Shown in pieces: positions 1-9,260 of a stretch of DNA of 24,000 nt. Below the pieces are notes generated by a model, which worked only from the letters and a program-made list of their open reading frames with translations, was not told where the DNA came from and made no database searches. Position numbers and translations under genes: made by a program. Numbering within the stretch: the stretch's first letter is position 1; the number at the start of each line of letters is the position of its first letter. This stretch comes from Fontisubflavum oceani. GTDB taxonomy: Bacteria; Pseudomonadota; Alphaproteobacteria; Rhodobacterales; Rhodobacteraceae. The stretch is from positions 1,043,674 through 1,067,673 of the forward strand of contig NZ_CP129111.1 of assembly GCF_030407165.1 (NCBI RefSeq). Direction: 5' to 3'.

Positions 1-821
1 TCCTCTAGAGGCGGAGATTGCAATTCAGGTCGCCCGGCATAGCGCATCTCTCGCGCCTCCACCGCGAACTTGTTCCATGGACAGGCCGCCAGACAGTCAT
101 CGCATCCATAAATCCGGTTGCCCATCTTGGCCCGCAGTTCCAGATCCACCGGCCCTTTATGCTCGATGGTCAGATAGGAAATGCAGCGCCGCGCATCGAG
201 TTGGAACGGCGCGGGAAATGCGTTGGTCGGGCATATATCCAGACAGGCCGTGCAGGAGCCGCAATGCTCGCCCTCCGGCGCGTCAGGTTCAAACGCCACC
301 GTGGTGAAAATCGCGCCGAGGAAGAACCAGTTTCCCAAATCCCGGCTCAGCAGATTGGTATGCTTGCCCTGCCAGCCCAACCCGGCGGCTTCGGCCAGCG
401 GCTTTTCCATCACGGGCGCGGTATCGACAAAGACTTTGATCGCCTCGCCGGGTCGCTGCTCCAAGAGCCAGCGGCCGACGCGCTTCAAACGCTTCTTCAC
501 CAGGTCATGATAGTCTCTGTTCTGGGCATAAACGCTGATTGTGGCCCGATCCCGCCGCTCAATCGCGGCCAGTGGATCGACCTCTGGCGTATACATCTCG
601 GCCAGCATGATGACGGAACGCGCCTCGGGCCAAAGCGCTGCCGGGTCGCCGCGCCAGCCCATACGCTCCTCCATCCAGCCCATCTGCCCATGACGCCCCT
701 CGGCCACATAATCCGCCAACCGCTCAGGGGCCAAAGGAATGGCATCGGGGCGGCAAATCCCAAGTTTTGCAAAGCCAGCCGCGCGGGCCTCGGCCTCAAG
801 TGCCGCGCGCAGATCGCTCAA
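1..821 (-). CDS. queG: Epoxyqueuosine reductase QueG, N-terminal ~273 codons (3' end runs off the left edge of the window)
   Basis: Absent from the ORF track because no stop lies in the window. Manual minus-strand translation from 821 gives (M)[33 protein letters not shown]. Further on it gives [20 protein letters not shown] and [21 protein letters not shown], the two ferredoxin-type 4Fe-4S Cys motifs typical of QueG. Plus-strand ORF 18..839 is its antisense shadow. The only in-frame start is TTG 821..819, overlapping the GST stop at 818..820. Confidence 0.85.
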   Translation of the reverse strand, partial: MSDLRAALEAEARAAGFAKLGICRPDAIPLAPERLADYVAEGRHGQMGWMEERMGWRGDPAALWPEARSVIMLAEMYTPEVDPLAAIERRDRATISVYAQNRDYHDLVKKRLKRVGRWLLEQRPGEAIKVFVDTAPVMEKPLAEAAGLGWQGKHTNLLSRDLGNWFFLGAIFTTVAFEPDAPEGEHCGSCTACLDICPTNAFPAPFQLDARRCISYLTIEHKGPVDLELRAKMGNRIYGCDDCLAACPWNKFAVEAREMRYAGRPELQSPPLE

Positions 822-1483
822 AAGTCCAGATTGGCGTAGTGGGGCGGCTGGATGAAACCAGACACCTGATCGGCCAGGATCGACCGGAAGGCAGGCCGCG
901 ATTTGATCTTCGCATACCAGTCTTTGACGATCTCGGATCGGTTCCAATCCACGTCCGAGATGTAATCGAGGCAGCTCAGATGCGCCGCAGCGGTGAAATC
1001 CGCGAGGCTCATCCGGTCACCCGCAAGCCAACGGCGATGATCAAGCAGCCAGTTCATGTAATCGAGATGGAATTTGATCTGCTGCGCCCCGGTTTTCACC
1101 GCTTTGCCGTCAGGATAGCCGCCTCGCATGATCTTCTTATTGACCCGCTCATAGACCAGATTGGCCGTCACCTCGCGATGGAACTTGTCGTCAAACCATC
1201 CGCAGAGCCGCCGCACCTCGGCGCGACCCTTCGCCTCGCTCGGCATCAAGGGCGGCGTCGGCACGGTCTCTTCGATGTATTCGCAAATCGCCTGACTGTC
1301 CGACAGCATCAGCCCGTCAATCTTCAGAACCGGCACCTTGCCGGCGGGATTCCGGCGCAGAAACTCGGTCGACGGTTCCCAATACCGCTCATCAACCAGT
1401 TCTACCTCGATCTTCTTTTCGGCCAAGACCAGGCGAACTTTGCGGCAAAAGGGCGAGAGGGCAAAATGATATAGGCGCGTCAT
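818..1483 (-). CDS. Glutathione S-transferase family protein
   Basis: ORF 818..1528. The N-terminal thioredoxin-like GST fold is recognisable ([30 protein letters not shown]...NPAGKVPVL...[13 protein letters not shown]). I prefer the ATG at 1483 (MTRLYHF) because GSTs normally start at beta-strand 1. The ATG at 1528 is an alternative. Confidence 0.8.
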   Translation of the reverse strand: MTRLYHFALSPFCRKVRLVLAEKKIEVELVDERYWEPSTEFLRRNPAGKVPVLKIDGLMLSDSQAICEYIEETVPTPPLMPSEAKGRAEVRRLCGWFDDKFHREVTANLVYERVNKKIMRGGYPDGKAVKTGAQQIKFHLDYMNWLLDHRRWLAGDRMSLADFTAAAHLSCLDYISDVDWNRSEIVKDWYAKIKSRPAFRSILADQVSGFIQPPHYANLDF

Positions 1484-1537
1484 GCTCGGCTCTTCATTCT
1501 TGTTCGACCCCTTCTTTGCCTCGCCCAAGCGGCAATT

Positions 1538-2302
1538 TCAATTCGCAAAGCACGCATCCCGACCATCGGCGCGGATCGTTGCCGCACCATCGAGGATGCT
1601 CGCAGCCCTGCGACGGGTCGCATTGCTTGGGTCTGATGCGGAGCGTGTTTGCGGGCTTGGCAAGATCGCGGCGAGCCGCGCGGCTTGGGTCGGTGTCAGA
1701 TCTGCGGCGGTAACGCCGAAGTAATGCAGCGCCGCAGCTTCGGCCCCAAACACCCCCTCATCAAACTCGGCAACGTTCAGGTAAACCTCCAACACCCTGC
1801 GCTTAGGCCAGATCAGTTCCATCACGGGGGTGATCGTCGCCTCAAGCGCCTTTCTCAGCCAGGATCGCCCGTGCCAGAGAAAGGTGTTTTTCACCGTTTG
1901 CTGGCTGATCGTCGAGGCGCCTCTTGACCCGCCATCAGCAATCGCATCGCGGATCGCGTTCATGTCGAACCCCCAATGCAGACAGAAATTCGCATCTTCT
2001 GCAGCCACCACGGCGCGCTGCAAATGCGGCGAGATTTCTTCTATCGGCACCCAATCGCGCTCGATCCCATTCAGCCGCCAGCCCTCCGAGATCATATAGG
2101 GCGTGCGCGGAACCGGCACGACGGCATAGAGCGCGACCCAGGCCACGCCCAAGGCTACGACCAGGAGAATCGCCCGCGTGACCCATCGCACGCCACGCTG
2201 CACAACGCCTCGAAACCACGAGGTCTCACGCGTCAGGGCCTTGCGCACCGGATCGCGTTTCCGCTTTCGGGATGTTGCTCGTTTTGCCATCTCGCCCGTC
2301 AT
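1538..2302 (-). CDS. mtgA: Monofunctional biosynthetic peptidoglycan transglycosylase
   Basis: ORF 1538..2359. It has one N-terminal TM segment (AILLVVALGVAWVALYAVV) followed by GT51 motifs (RAVVAAEDANFCLHWGFD, GASTISQQTVKNTFLW, KRRVLEVYLNVAEF). The start is ambiguous among Met codons at 2359, 2302 and 2290. Confidence 0.85.
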   Translation of the reverse strand: MTGEMAKRATSRKRKRDPVRKALTRETSWFRGVVQRGVRWVTRAILLVVALGVAWVALYAVVPVPRTPYMISEGWRLNGIERDWVPIEEISPHLQRAVVAAEDANFCLHWGFDMNAIRDAIADGGSRGASTISQQTVKNTFLWHGRSWLRKALEATITPVMELIWPKRRVLEVYLNVAEFDEGVFGAEAAALHYFGVTAADLTPTQAARLAAILPSPQTRSASDPSNATRRRAASILDGAATIRADGRDACFAN

Positions 2303-2406
2303 TTGGGTCTTCTTTGGATCAGAAATACCCCCGTTGGCGGCAAAACCAAAGCCCTCCATGCGATGGACCGCAGGGCTTTATCGGCAAGTGATGCCGATTT
2401 GATTGC

Positions 2407-2847
2407 CTAGCGCTTCAAATCCGCGCCTGGATTGCGCGCGCCGGACGGGCTCGCGGAATGCGCCACCTCTGCACCCAGAATATCGACCCAGGTGTGTTTC
2501 CGATGCTCATAGACGGAGAACAGCGGCGCCGGAAAAGTGGGGTCTGCGAAATTCCCCACGGGAATCGCCGTGACCCCGGGCCAGCCTTCGATCACATAGG
2601 CGAGCGTCGACCCGCAGTCTGGGCAAAACCGATACGTGGCCCGGTGCCCGCTATCGGCGATCCGGGACCAGGTTTTTGACCTGCCGTCGATCCGAACATG
2701 CGCATCTGGCCAGCGGGCTTGCGTCGCAAAGGCGCTGCCACTGCGTTTCTGGCAGGCCAGGCAATGGCAGACCGAGATACGCACCGGCTCGCCCGTGCAT
2801 GTCGCCGTCAGTTGGCCGCAGCGACAGGTGGCGGTTCGTGTCGTCAT
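2407..2847 (-). CDS. GFA family (glutathione-dependent formaldehyde-activating / CENP-V-like) zinc-binding protein
   Basis: ORF 2407..2943 carries the Cys motifs CRCG, CHCLACQKRSG and CPDCGS. The start is set at ATG 2847 (MTTRTATCRCG), preceded by a strong SD (GAGGAGGGGATATC ATG). The longer ORF would run into the upstream TetR gene end. Confidence 0.75.
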   Translation of the reverse strand: MTTRTATCRCGQLTATCTGEPVRISVCHCLACQKRSGSAFATQARWPDAHVRIDGRSKTWSRIADSGHRATYRFCPDCGSTLAYVIEGWPGVTAIPVGNFADPTFPAPLFSVYEHRKHTWVDILGAEVAHSASPSGARNPGADLKR

Positions 2848-2893
2848 GATATCCCCTCCTCTGAAGGGGCAGCTTATCAAGTGTGGGCTGTTC

Positions 2894-3469
2894 TCAAAGC
2901 CCTCGGACGCCGTCCAACACCATATCGGTGACCAGATCGCCATAAGCCGCGCGGCTGATCCCTTTGCCCTGTCGGTGCCACATGTAGAACCAGTTCAGCA
3001 TGCCAAAAACGGTCATGGTCACGGCGCGCGGCTCCTTACGAACACCAATCGCCGCCAACGCGTCGCCCATCCGCTGCACAAGACGGCGTTGAAGGTCGAC
3101 CAGAGGCGCTTTCAACTCGGCTGGCAGGGTCTCCAAGGCGTCGATTTGTAGTTTGTGCTCCGCATCCGCGTCGCGGTAATTGGCAAGAATGGCGTGGATC
3201 AATGCACGCAGATGGGCCTCTGGCGCGTCACCCTCTGGCACCGCTTCGACCGCATCGACCAAAGCGCCCAGATGCCCTTCCAGGATGTCGAAAAGCAGCG
3301 CCTCCTTGCTGTCATAGTAGTGATAGATCAGCGCTTTAGAGACGCCGCAGGCCGTCGCCACCGAGGCCATCGAGGCGCGATCATAGCCATGTTCCGCAAA
3401 GTGCGTCGCGGCCCCCTTGCGCAAGGCGGCGCGTTTCTCGGCATGATCTCGGGCCAATCCGCGCGGCAT
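2894..3469 (-). CDS. TetR/AcrR family transcriptional regulator (PaaR-like by genomic context)
   Basis: ORF 2894..3559 has a TetR HTH (FAEHGYDRASMASVATACGVSKALIYHYYDSKEALL). The start is set at ATG 3469 (MPRGLARD), 2 nt after the paaK stop codon, which suggests co-transcription with paaI-paaK. Confidence 0.85.
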   Translation of the reverse strand: MPRGLARDHAEKRAALRKGAATHFAEHGYDRASMASVATACGVSKALIYHYYDSKEALLFDILEGHLGALVDAVEAVPEGDAPEAHLRALIHAILANYRDADAEHKLQIDALETLPAELKAPLVDLQRRLVQRMGDALAAIGVRKEPRAVTMTVFGMLNWFYMWHRQGKGISRAAYGDLVTDMVLDGVRGL

Positions 3470-3473
3470 CGAC

Positions 3474-4787
3474 TTAGTCCTTCGGCCGGTTGTCGATGAT
3501 CCGCACGGCCTTGCCTTGGCTCCGCGCCACGCCGCCCGAACCATGCGCGGTGATCCCAACCGTCACGCCGACCCGCTCCTTGATCCGCCGTTTCAGGTTT
3601 GCCGCCGCTGCGTCTAGCGTCTCCGAACCCATCGGCCCGTCTGCCGCCTCCACATGCACGGTCATCTCATCCATCCGGCCCTCACGGCTCAGCTCGATCT
3701 GGAAATGCGGCGCAAGCCCGGCGATCTCCATCAACTGCTCTTCGATCTGGGTCGGGAAGATATTCACCCCGCGCAGGATGATCATATCGTCTGACCGCCC
3801 GGTGATCTTCTCCATCCGCCGCATGCTCCGCGCCGTCCCGGGCAAAAGCCGGGTCAGATCCCGCGTCCGATATCGAATGATCGGGAAGGCCTCTTTGGTG
3901 AGCGAGGTAAAGACCAGCTCCCCCTGCTCGCCATCGGCGACGGGCTGTCCGGTCTTGGGGTTCACCACTTCGGGATAGAAATGATCCTCCCAGATATGCA
4001 GCCCGTCTTTGGTCTCCACGCATTCATTGGCGACACCCGGCCCCATCACCTCAGACAGGCCATAGATATCGACCGCATGCATGTCGAACGCTTGCTCGAT
4101 CTCTTCCCGCATCGCGTTGGTCCAAGGTTCCGCGCCGAAAATCCCGACCTTCAGGGGGCTTTTGCGCGGGTCCAACCCCTGCTCGCGATACGCATCCAGA
4201 ATCGACAGCGCATAGGACGGCGTGACCATGATCGTCGAGGCGCCAAAATCCTCGATCAACCGAACCTGGCGCGGTGTCATTCCACCGGAAACCGGTACAA
4301 CCGTGCAGCCCAGCTTCTCCGCCCCGTAATGCGCGCCAAGCCCGCCGGTGAAAAGCCCATAGCCATAAGAGATATGCACCACATCGCCCGGTCGCGTGCC
4401 GCTGGCCCGCATCGACCGCGCAACGCAAGTGGCCCAGGTGTCGATGTCTTTCGCGGTATAGCCCACGACCGTCGGCTGCCCCGTCGTGCCCGAAGACGCA
4501 TGCACCCGCGCCACCTTGTCCCGCGGCACGGCAAACATCCCAAACGGGTAATTGTCCCGCAGGTCCTGCTTCACCGTGAAGGGGAATTTCGCCAGATCCG
4601 CGAGCGATTTCAGGTCATCGGGATGCACGTCCGCATTGTCAAAACTGTCTCTATAAAAGGGCACATTGGCATAGGCATGGGCGAGGGACCATTTCATCCG
4701 CTCCAATTGCAGGGCGGAGATTTCGTCTCGGCTGGCGATCTCGATCGGGTCCAGGTCCTCCCGCTTCGGCGTCAGGTCCAACATCAC
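3474..4787 (-). CDS. paaK: Phenylacetate-CoA ligase
   Basis: 437 aa, collinear with PaaK as I recall it (DPIE.AS.DE..ALQ..R.KW.L.HAY.NVP.YR..F...GVHPDD, SSGTTGQPTVVGYT, FPTQIEE). The start is GTG 4787 or ATG 4784, both overlapping the paaI stop. A GAGGAGGAG SD lies upstream. Confidence 0.95.
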   Translation of the reverse strand: MMLDLTPKREDLDPIEIASRDEISALQLERMKWSLAHAYANVPFYRDSFDNADVHPDDLKSLADLAKFPFTVKQDLRDNYPFGMFAVPRDKVARVHASSGTTGQPTVVGYTAKDIDTWATCVARSMRASGTRPGDVVHISYGYGLFTGGLGAHYGAEKLGCTVVPVSGGMTPRQVRLIEDFGASTIMVTPSYALSILDAYREQGLDPRKSPLKVGIFGAEPWTNAMREEIEQAFDMHAVDIYGLSEVMGPGVANECVETKDGLHIWEDHFYPEVVNPKTGQPVADGEQGELVFTSLTKEAFPIIRYRTRDLTRLLPGTARSMRRMEKITGRSDDMIILRGVNIFPTQIEEQLMEIAGLAPHFQIELSREGRMDEMTVHVEAADGPMGSETLDAAAANLKRRIKERVGVTVGITAHGSGGVARSQGKAVRIIDNRPKD

Positions 4788-5215
4788 TTCTCCTCCTCGA
4801 AATGCGTGCCTTGAAGGCTGCGGGATGCGCCGCGGAACAGCGCCACGCGCCGCCCGTCGCCGCCGGTGACAACCACGTCGGTGATCCCACTTCGCCCTTG
4901 TTTAGACACTTCGCGCGCTTCCGCCGTCAGCCGCTCGCCTGGTTGCCCCGGGCTCAGATAGCTGATCGAATTGTGCTGCGCGACGGCGTGTTGGTTGTGG
5001 CTGTTGCAAGCGAAGGCAAAGGCGCTGTCGGCCAGGCTGAAAATCACCCCGCCATGGCAAATCTGATGCCCGTTCAGATGCTCCGGCCGGATCTCGCATG
5101 ACATCCGCGCATAGCCCGGCCCGACCTCTTCCAGTCGCATGCCGACCCATTTCGATGCGGCATCGCCGGCCCACATCGCCTCGGCGCTTCGCCGCGCGCG
5201 TTCCTCTGGTGTCAT
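4784..5215 (-). CDS. paaI: Hydroxyphenylacetyl-CoA thioesterase PaaI (hotdog fold)
   Basis: ORF 4784..5266 with PaaI-type hotdog motifs (NGHQICHGGVIFSLADSAFAFACNS). The start is set at ATG 5215 (MTPEERARR) behind the SD GGGAGGA. Its stop overlaps the paaK start. Confidence 0.88.
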   Translation of the reverse strand: MTPEERARRSAEAMWAGDAASKWVGMRLEEVGPGYARMSCEIRPEHLNGHQICHGGVIFSLADSAFAFACNSHNQHAVAQHNSISYLSPGQPGERLTAEAREVSKQGRSGITDVVVTGGDGRRVALFRGASRSLQGTHFEEEK

Positions 5216-5238
5216 TCCCGTCCTCCCTCGCAAAGCAG

Positions 5239-5267
5239 CTTGACGCAAACCCGACCAATCGGTCAAG
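5239..5267. promoter_or_regulatory. Putative divergent paaI/paaZ promoter-operator: CTTGAC-N17-GTCAAG with a central GACCAATCGGTC pseudo-palindrome
   Basis: Seen directly in the 78-bp paaI-paaZ intergenic region. On either strand the arms read as a TTGAC(G/C) -35-like hexamer with a 17-nt spacer to TCAAG(A/C). The GACC..GGTC palindrome (5253..5264) sits in the shared spacer. The function is inferred. Confidence 0.35.
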
Positions 5268-5293
5268 ACTGTTTGGCAAGGGAGGACGAATTG

Positions 5294-7321
5294 ATGCTAG
5301 AGCTTCAAAGCTTCGCCGCCGGCCAGTGGGTCGCGCCGGATGCCAATGCCCGCCAAATGCATAGCGCTGTGACGGGCGAGGTGATCGCGCGCGGCGGCGC
5401 CGCGCTGGATACCCAAGCGATGATCGACCATGCCGTTCGTGTGGGTGGCCCAGCGCTCCGCGCGATGGATTTCCACCAACGGGCCAAGATGCTGAAAGCG
5501 CTCGCGCAGTACATTGATGGCCGGAAAGAGGAGCTTTACGCGCTGAACCCGCTTTCGGGTGCTACCCGCGCCGATGGCTGGATCGACATCGATGGCGGCA
5601 TTGGCACGATGTTCGTGTTCGCCTCCAAAGGCCGCCGCGAAATGCCCGAGGGCCATATCTATATCGATGGCAACGTCGAGCAGCTCTCCCGCAACGGCAC
5701 CTTCCTGGGGCAGCACGTGGCTGTCCCGCTGCGCGGCGTTGCCGTCCATATCAACGCGTTTAACTTCCCGGTTTGGGGGATGCTGGAAAAGCTCGCGCCC
5801 GCGCTTCTGGCGGGGGTGCCTTGCATCGTCAAACCCGCCACTGCGACCTGTTATCTGACCGAGGCCTGCGTGCGGATCATGCTAGACTCGGGCCTGCTGC
5901 CAGAGGGCGCGGTGCAGTTGATCATTGGCGGCACAGGCGATCTTCTGGACCGTCTCGGCCCGCAAGATGTGGTGAGTTTCACCGGTTCTGCCGACACCGC
6001 GCTGATGCTGCGATCCAACCCGCATCTGTTGAAACATGGCGCGCGCTTCATCGCCGAGCAGGACAGTCTGAACGCGTCGGTTCTGGGCCCGGATGTCACC
6101 CCGGATGCGCCGGAGTTCGATCTTTTCATCAAAGAAGCCGCCCGAGAGATCACGACGAAAGCGGGGCAGAAATGTACCGCGATCCGCCGGATCATCGTGC
6201 CGGAGGCGCAACTGGACGCGGTGGGCGAGGCGCTGGCCGCAAAGCTTGCCAAAACCCGGATCGGCGACCCGGCGCTTGAGACAACCCGGATGGGCGCGCT
6301 CGCCGGAGCCGATCAGAAGCAAGATGTGATCACAAAACTCCAACACATCGCCAGCGAGACGGAGATGCTCTATGGCGACAGCGATATGATCGAAGTGGAT
6401 GGGGCCGACGCGACCGTCGGCGCGTTTCTGAATCCGATCCTACTCCGCTGTTTAGAGCCTGATTCTGCACGTCATGTGCATGAAACCGAAGCCTTTGGGC
6501 CGGTCTCCACACTCATGCCCTATTACGATCTCGCCCATGCCGCCGACCTGGCAAATCGCGGCGGCGGCAGCCTCGTCGCCTCTGTGATCACACATGACCC
6601 CGCCGTTGCGCGGAACATGGTGGCGGAGGCCGGGGCTTGGCATGGCCGCATCTATATCAATGATCGCGACAGTATGGGCGAGAGCACCGGCCACGGCTCG
6701 CCCCTGCCGCATATGACCCATGGCGGCCCGGGCCGGGCCGGCGGTGGCGAAGAGATGGGCGGGATCCGCGGTGTGCTGCATTATATGCAGCGGGTGGCGG
6801 TTCAGGGCTCGCCTCGGATGTTGACCGCGGTCACCGGCCAATGGGTCAATGGCGCGGAAGAAACTGCGCCCAAAACCCACCCGTTCCAGCTCACCTTTGA
6901 CGAGATCGAGATCGGCCATACGATCAAGACCGCGCCGCGTGAGGTGACCCTCGAAGATATCGAGCATTTCGCCCATTTCACCGGCGATACGTTTTACGCC
7001 CATATGGATGAAGAGGCGGCTCAGGCGAACCCGTTCTTCCCCGGTCGCGTTGCCCATGGCTATCTTCTGCTAAGCTTCGCCGCTGGGCTGTTTGTGCAGC
7101 CTGATCCCGGGCCGGTGCTCGCCAATACGGGTCTGAATGCCCTCAGTTTCCAAAAACCGGTCAGCCCCGGCGATCATCTCTGGGTGCGCCTTACCGCGAA
7201 ACGCAAAACCCGACGCACCGATGACTATGGCGAGGTGCGCTGGAATGTGACGCTCTACAACAAAGATGATGAGCAGACCGGTGAATATGAGCTTTTGACG
7301 ATGGTGGCCTATTCCCGCTAA
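5294..7321 (+). CDS. paaZ: Bifunctional oxepin-CoA hydrolase / 3-oxo-5,6-dehydrosuberyl-CoA semialdehyde dehydrogenase
   Basis: ORF 5240..7321. An N-terminal aldehyde dehydrogenase domain ([42 protein letters not shown]) is followed by a C-terminal MaoC hydratase domain ([18 protein letters not shown]...VAHGY). It is collinear with E. coli PaaZ as recalled. The start is set at ATG 5294 ([12 protein letters not shown]) behind the SD GGGAGGA. Confidence 0.95.
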   Translation: MLELQSFAAGQWVAPDANARQMHSAVTGEVIARGGAALDTQAMIDHAVRVGGPALRAMDFHQRAKMLKALAQYIDGRKEELYALNPLSGATRADGWIDIDGGIGTMFVFASKGRREMPEGHIYIDGNVEQLSRNGTFLGQHVAVPLRGVAVHINAFNFPVWGMLEKLAPALLAGVPCIVKPATATCYLTEACVRIMLDSGLLPEGAVQLIIGGTGDLLDRLGPQDVVSFTGSADTALMLRSNPHLLKHGARFIAEQDSLNASVLGPDVTPDAPEFDLFIKEAAREITTKAGQKCTAIRRIIVPEAQLDAVGEALAAKLAKTRIGDPALETTRMGALAGADQKQDVITKLQHIASETEMLYGDSDMIEVDGADATVGAFLNPILLRCLEPDSARHVHETEAFGPVSTLMPYYDLAHAADLANRGGGSLVASVITHDPAVARNMVAEAGAWHGRIYINDRDSMGESTGHGSPLPHMTHGGPGRAGGGEEMGGIRGVLHYMQRVAVQGSPRMLTAVTGQWVNGAEETAPKTHPFQLTFDEIEIGHTIKTAPREVTLEDIEHFAHFTGDTFYAHMDEEAAQANPFFPGRVAHGYLLLSFAAGLFVQPDPGPVLANTGLNALSFQKPVSPGDHLWVRLTAKRKTRRTDDYGEVRWNVTLYNKDDEQTGEYELLTMVAYSR

Positions 7322-7330
7322 ACCCGCGGG

Positions 7331-8137
7331 ATGACGGATTTATTGCAGCCCCTTCTCGACGACTATTTGCATGACCAGGGCCGATTGCGGGTCTGGTCGC
7401 TGATCGTGACCATTTTGGGCGATACGGTTGAGAACCGGCAAAAGACGATCTCAACCACCCGGCTGAGCCTCGTGCTGGATCGGCTTGGCGTTGGGCAGGC
7501 GGCGCAGAAAACGGCGCTGTCGCGGTTGGTCAAAGATGGTTGGGCCGAGCGGAGCAAAGAAGGCCGAAACACCTTTTACGGTTTTACGGAAAAGGGCCGA
7601 GAGGCCTTTGTGCCCGCCTCGCGGCTGGTCTATGCGCCGCCGCGCGATGAGGAACCGGTGCATTGGTTGATGGCGGTCTCGGATGCGCCGCGGGGCCTGC
7701 CCGTTGCGCCGGGTGTCGGGCTCTGGCCGGTTGATTTTGCACCGGTTGAGAAAGGCGCGTCGGTGGCCGGCTGGATCGAATCGATGCCGGCAGGGTTGCA
7801 GGCGATCTCACCCGATCATCAGGCCGAAGCGGACCAACTCACCGCTCTTTTGCGCTATTTGGACGTCACGTTTTCTCCAGATTGCGACCTTGATGCCCTG
7901 GCCGCGCGGATGGTTTTGATCCACCGCTGGCGACGGTATGTTTTGCGCTATCCAGAGGTGCCGCAGAAACTGGCACCGGAGGGGTGGGCGGGCCTGAAAT
8001 TGAGGGAGAATATCGGGCGGGCTTATTGGTCCCTGACCGGGGCGGCGGAAGAGTGGCTGCAGGCCCCGGGCGACGGGTTTCGCGCCCTGGCGATGCCCGA
8101 CCGAGGCTACTGGGAGCGGTTCGGTTACCAAAAATAG
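7331..8137 (+). CDS. paaX: Phenylacetic acid degradation operon negative regulator PaaX family
   Basis: 268 aa. The N-terminal winged-helix region resembles PaaX ([12 protein letters not shown]...[32 protein letters not shown]). It sits between paaZ and paaA. Confidence 0.85.
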   Translation: MTDLLQPLLDDYLHDQGRLRVWSLIVTILGDTVENRQKTISTTRLSLVLDRLGVGQAAQKTALSRLVKDGWAERSKEGRNTFYGFTEKGREAFVPASRLVYAPPRDEEPVHWLMAVSDAPRGLPVAPGVGLWPVDFAPVEKGASVAGWIESMPAGLQAISPDHQAEADQLTALLRYLDVTFSPDCDLDALAARMVLIHRWRRYVLRYPEVPQKLAPEGWAGLKLRENIGRAYWSLTGAAEEWLQAPGDGFRALAMPDRGYWERFGYQK

Positions 8138-8180
8138 GTTACAAAAAATCGTTGATTCGCGATTTTTTGTAACCTATTTC
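8133..8180. promoter_or_regulatory. Perfect 20-bp inverted repeat (AAATAGGTTACAAAAAATCG / CGATTTTTTGTAACCTATTT) with 8-nt spacer. It carries the PaaX-box-like core TGATTCGCGAT and a candidate paaA promoter.
   Basis: The arms at 8133..8152 and 8161..8180 are exact reverse complements. The region is strikingly AT-rich in a GC-rich genome. TGATTCGCGAT (8154..8164) matches the core of the PaaX operator consensus as I remember it (..TGATTCGYGWT). TTGATT (8153-8158), 17 nt, then TATTTC (8176-8181) could be -35/-10 for paaA, whose ATG is at 8214. As RNA it could instead act as the paaX terminator hairpin. Confidence 0.55.
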
Positions 8181-8213
8181 TCTCTCAGACCCGCATCCGG
8201 GAGGAGATCGGCC

Positions 8214-9197
8214 ATGTATTCCCAAGGATTGATTGGCGCTGACAGCGGCACCGAAGAGACACCCGAATTTCTGGCGCGATTCCAGGCACGCATAGATGCC
8301 GAGGAGAAGATCGAGCCAAATGACGCGATGCCCGAGGGCTATCGCCGGACGCTCGTCCGCCAGATCGGGCAGCACGCGCATTCCGAGATTGTGGGGATGC
8401 TGCCCGAGGGCAATTGGATCACCAGAGCGCCCTCTTTGAAACGCAAAGCCGCACTTTTGGCGAAGGTGCAGGATGAGGGCGGGCATGGGCTTTACCTCTA
8501 CGCCGCCGCCGAAACCTTGGGTGTTTCCCGCGAGGAGATGACCGAGGAGTTGCATTCGGGCAAAGCCAAATATTCCAGTATTTTCAACTATCCAACGCTG
8601 TCCTGGGCCGATATCGGCACGATTGGTTGGCTGGTGGATGGTGCCGCGATCATGAACCAGATCCCGCTCTGCCGGTGTTCCTTTGGACCTTATGCCCGGG
8701 CGATGATCCGGGTCTGTAAGGAAGAGAGTTTTCACCAGCGCCAAGGCTATGAAATCGTCATGACGCTGGCCAATGGCACGCCTGCGCAGCGCGACATGGC
8801 GCAGGATGCGTTGAACCGGTGGTGGTGGCCGAGCCTGATGATGTTTGGGCCGCATGATGCCGATAGCGAGCATTCCGATCAGTCGATGGCGTGGAAAATC
8901 AAGCGGTTCTCCAATGATGAGCTGCGGCAGAAATTCATCGACGCGACCGTGCCGCAGGCCGAGTTCTTGGGCCTGGCCGTTCCGGATAAAGACCTGAAAT
9001 GGAACGAGGAAAAGGGTGGCTACGATCACGGAGAGATCGACTGGTCCGAGTTCTGGCGGGTTGTGAAAGGCGGCGGCGCGATGAATGTGGACCGGATCAG
9101 GGATCGGAAAGCGGCCTGGGATGATGGCGCCTGGGTGCGCGAAGCCGCGCTGGCCCATGCGGAGAAGCGCGCCGCGCGAAAGCAGGCGGCAGAGTGA
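8214..9197 (+). CDS. paaA: 1,2-phenylacetyl-CoA epoxidase, catalytic subunit A
   Basis: 327 aa, ferritin-like di-iron protein ([32 protein letters not shown]). An SD GGGAGGAG lies upstream. It is the first gene of a paaABCDE array. Confidence 0.95.
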   Translation: MYSQGLIGADSGTEETPEFLARFQARIDAEEKIEPNDAMPEGYRRTLVRQIGQHAHSEIVGMLPEGNWITRAPSLKRKAALLAKVQDEGGHGLYLYAAAETLGVSREEMTEELHSGKAKYSSIFNYPTLSWADIGTIGWLVDGAAIMNQIPLCRCSFGPYARAMIRVCKEESFHQRQGYEIVMTLANGTPAQRDMAQDALNRWWWPSLMMFGPHDADSEHSDQSMAWKIKRFSNDELRQKFIDATVPQAEFLGLAVPDKDLKWNEEKGGYDHGEIDWSEFWRVVKGGGAMNVDRIRDRKAAWDDGAWVREAALAHAEKRAARKQAAE

Positions 9198-9206
9198 GCC
9201 GGAAGG

Positions 9207-9260
9207 CTGGGGGGCTGTCTGCCCCCCAGACCCCCCGAGGATATTTGAGAAGCAGAGAAG
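9207..9260 (+). repeat. Intergenic repeat copy 1: 9-bp GC hairpin (CTGGGGGGC tgtct GCCCCCCAG) plus 22-nt core GGATATTTGAGAAGCAGAGAAG
   Basis: The core at 9239..9260 is identical (22/22) to 12766..12787 and matches 19834..19855 at 19/22. It lies in the 72-nt paaA-paaB spacer. The 3' end of the core (AGAAGGAG) forms the paaB SD. Confidence 0.8.

Noticed and set aside
18-839. 273-aa plus-strand ORF (and the overlapping ORFs 77..307, 181..510, 497..799)
   Set aside because: It is the antisense shadow of queG. The minus strand in another frame gives an unmistakable QueG sequence with two 4Fe-4S motifs. The plus-strand product is Arg/Gly/Pro-rich with no recognisable fold.
767-1474. Long shadow ORFs opposite real genes. 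Besides this one: 3981..4814+, 10270..10908-, 12750..13400+, 13528..14121+, 15950..16525+, 17192..18169+, 19799..20458+, 20334..20876+, 21483..22112+ and 21823..22386+.
   Set aside because: Each lies opposite a CDS with strong family-level identity, and each translates to R/G/P/A-rich sequence without motifs. All are treated as non-coding.
818-5215. Idea that the GST and GFA genes near paa genes form a sulfur-incorporating tropone/TDA-like biosynthetic set
   Set aside because: The GST is separated from the paa genes by mtgA and the GFA gene. No tda-like genes (tdaA-F, patB-like) are present. GST and GFA genes are abundant and scattered in such genomes. This would be over-interpretation.
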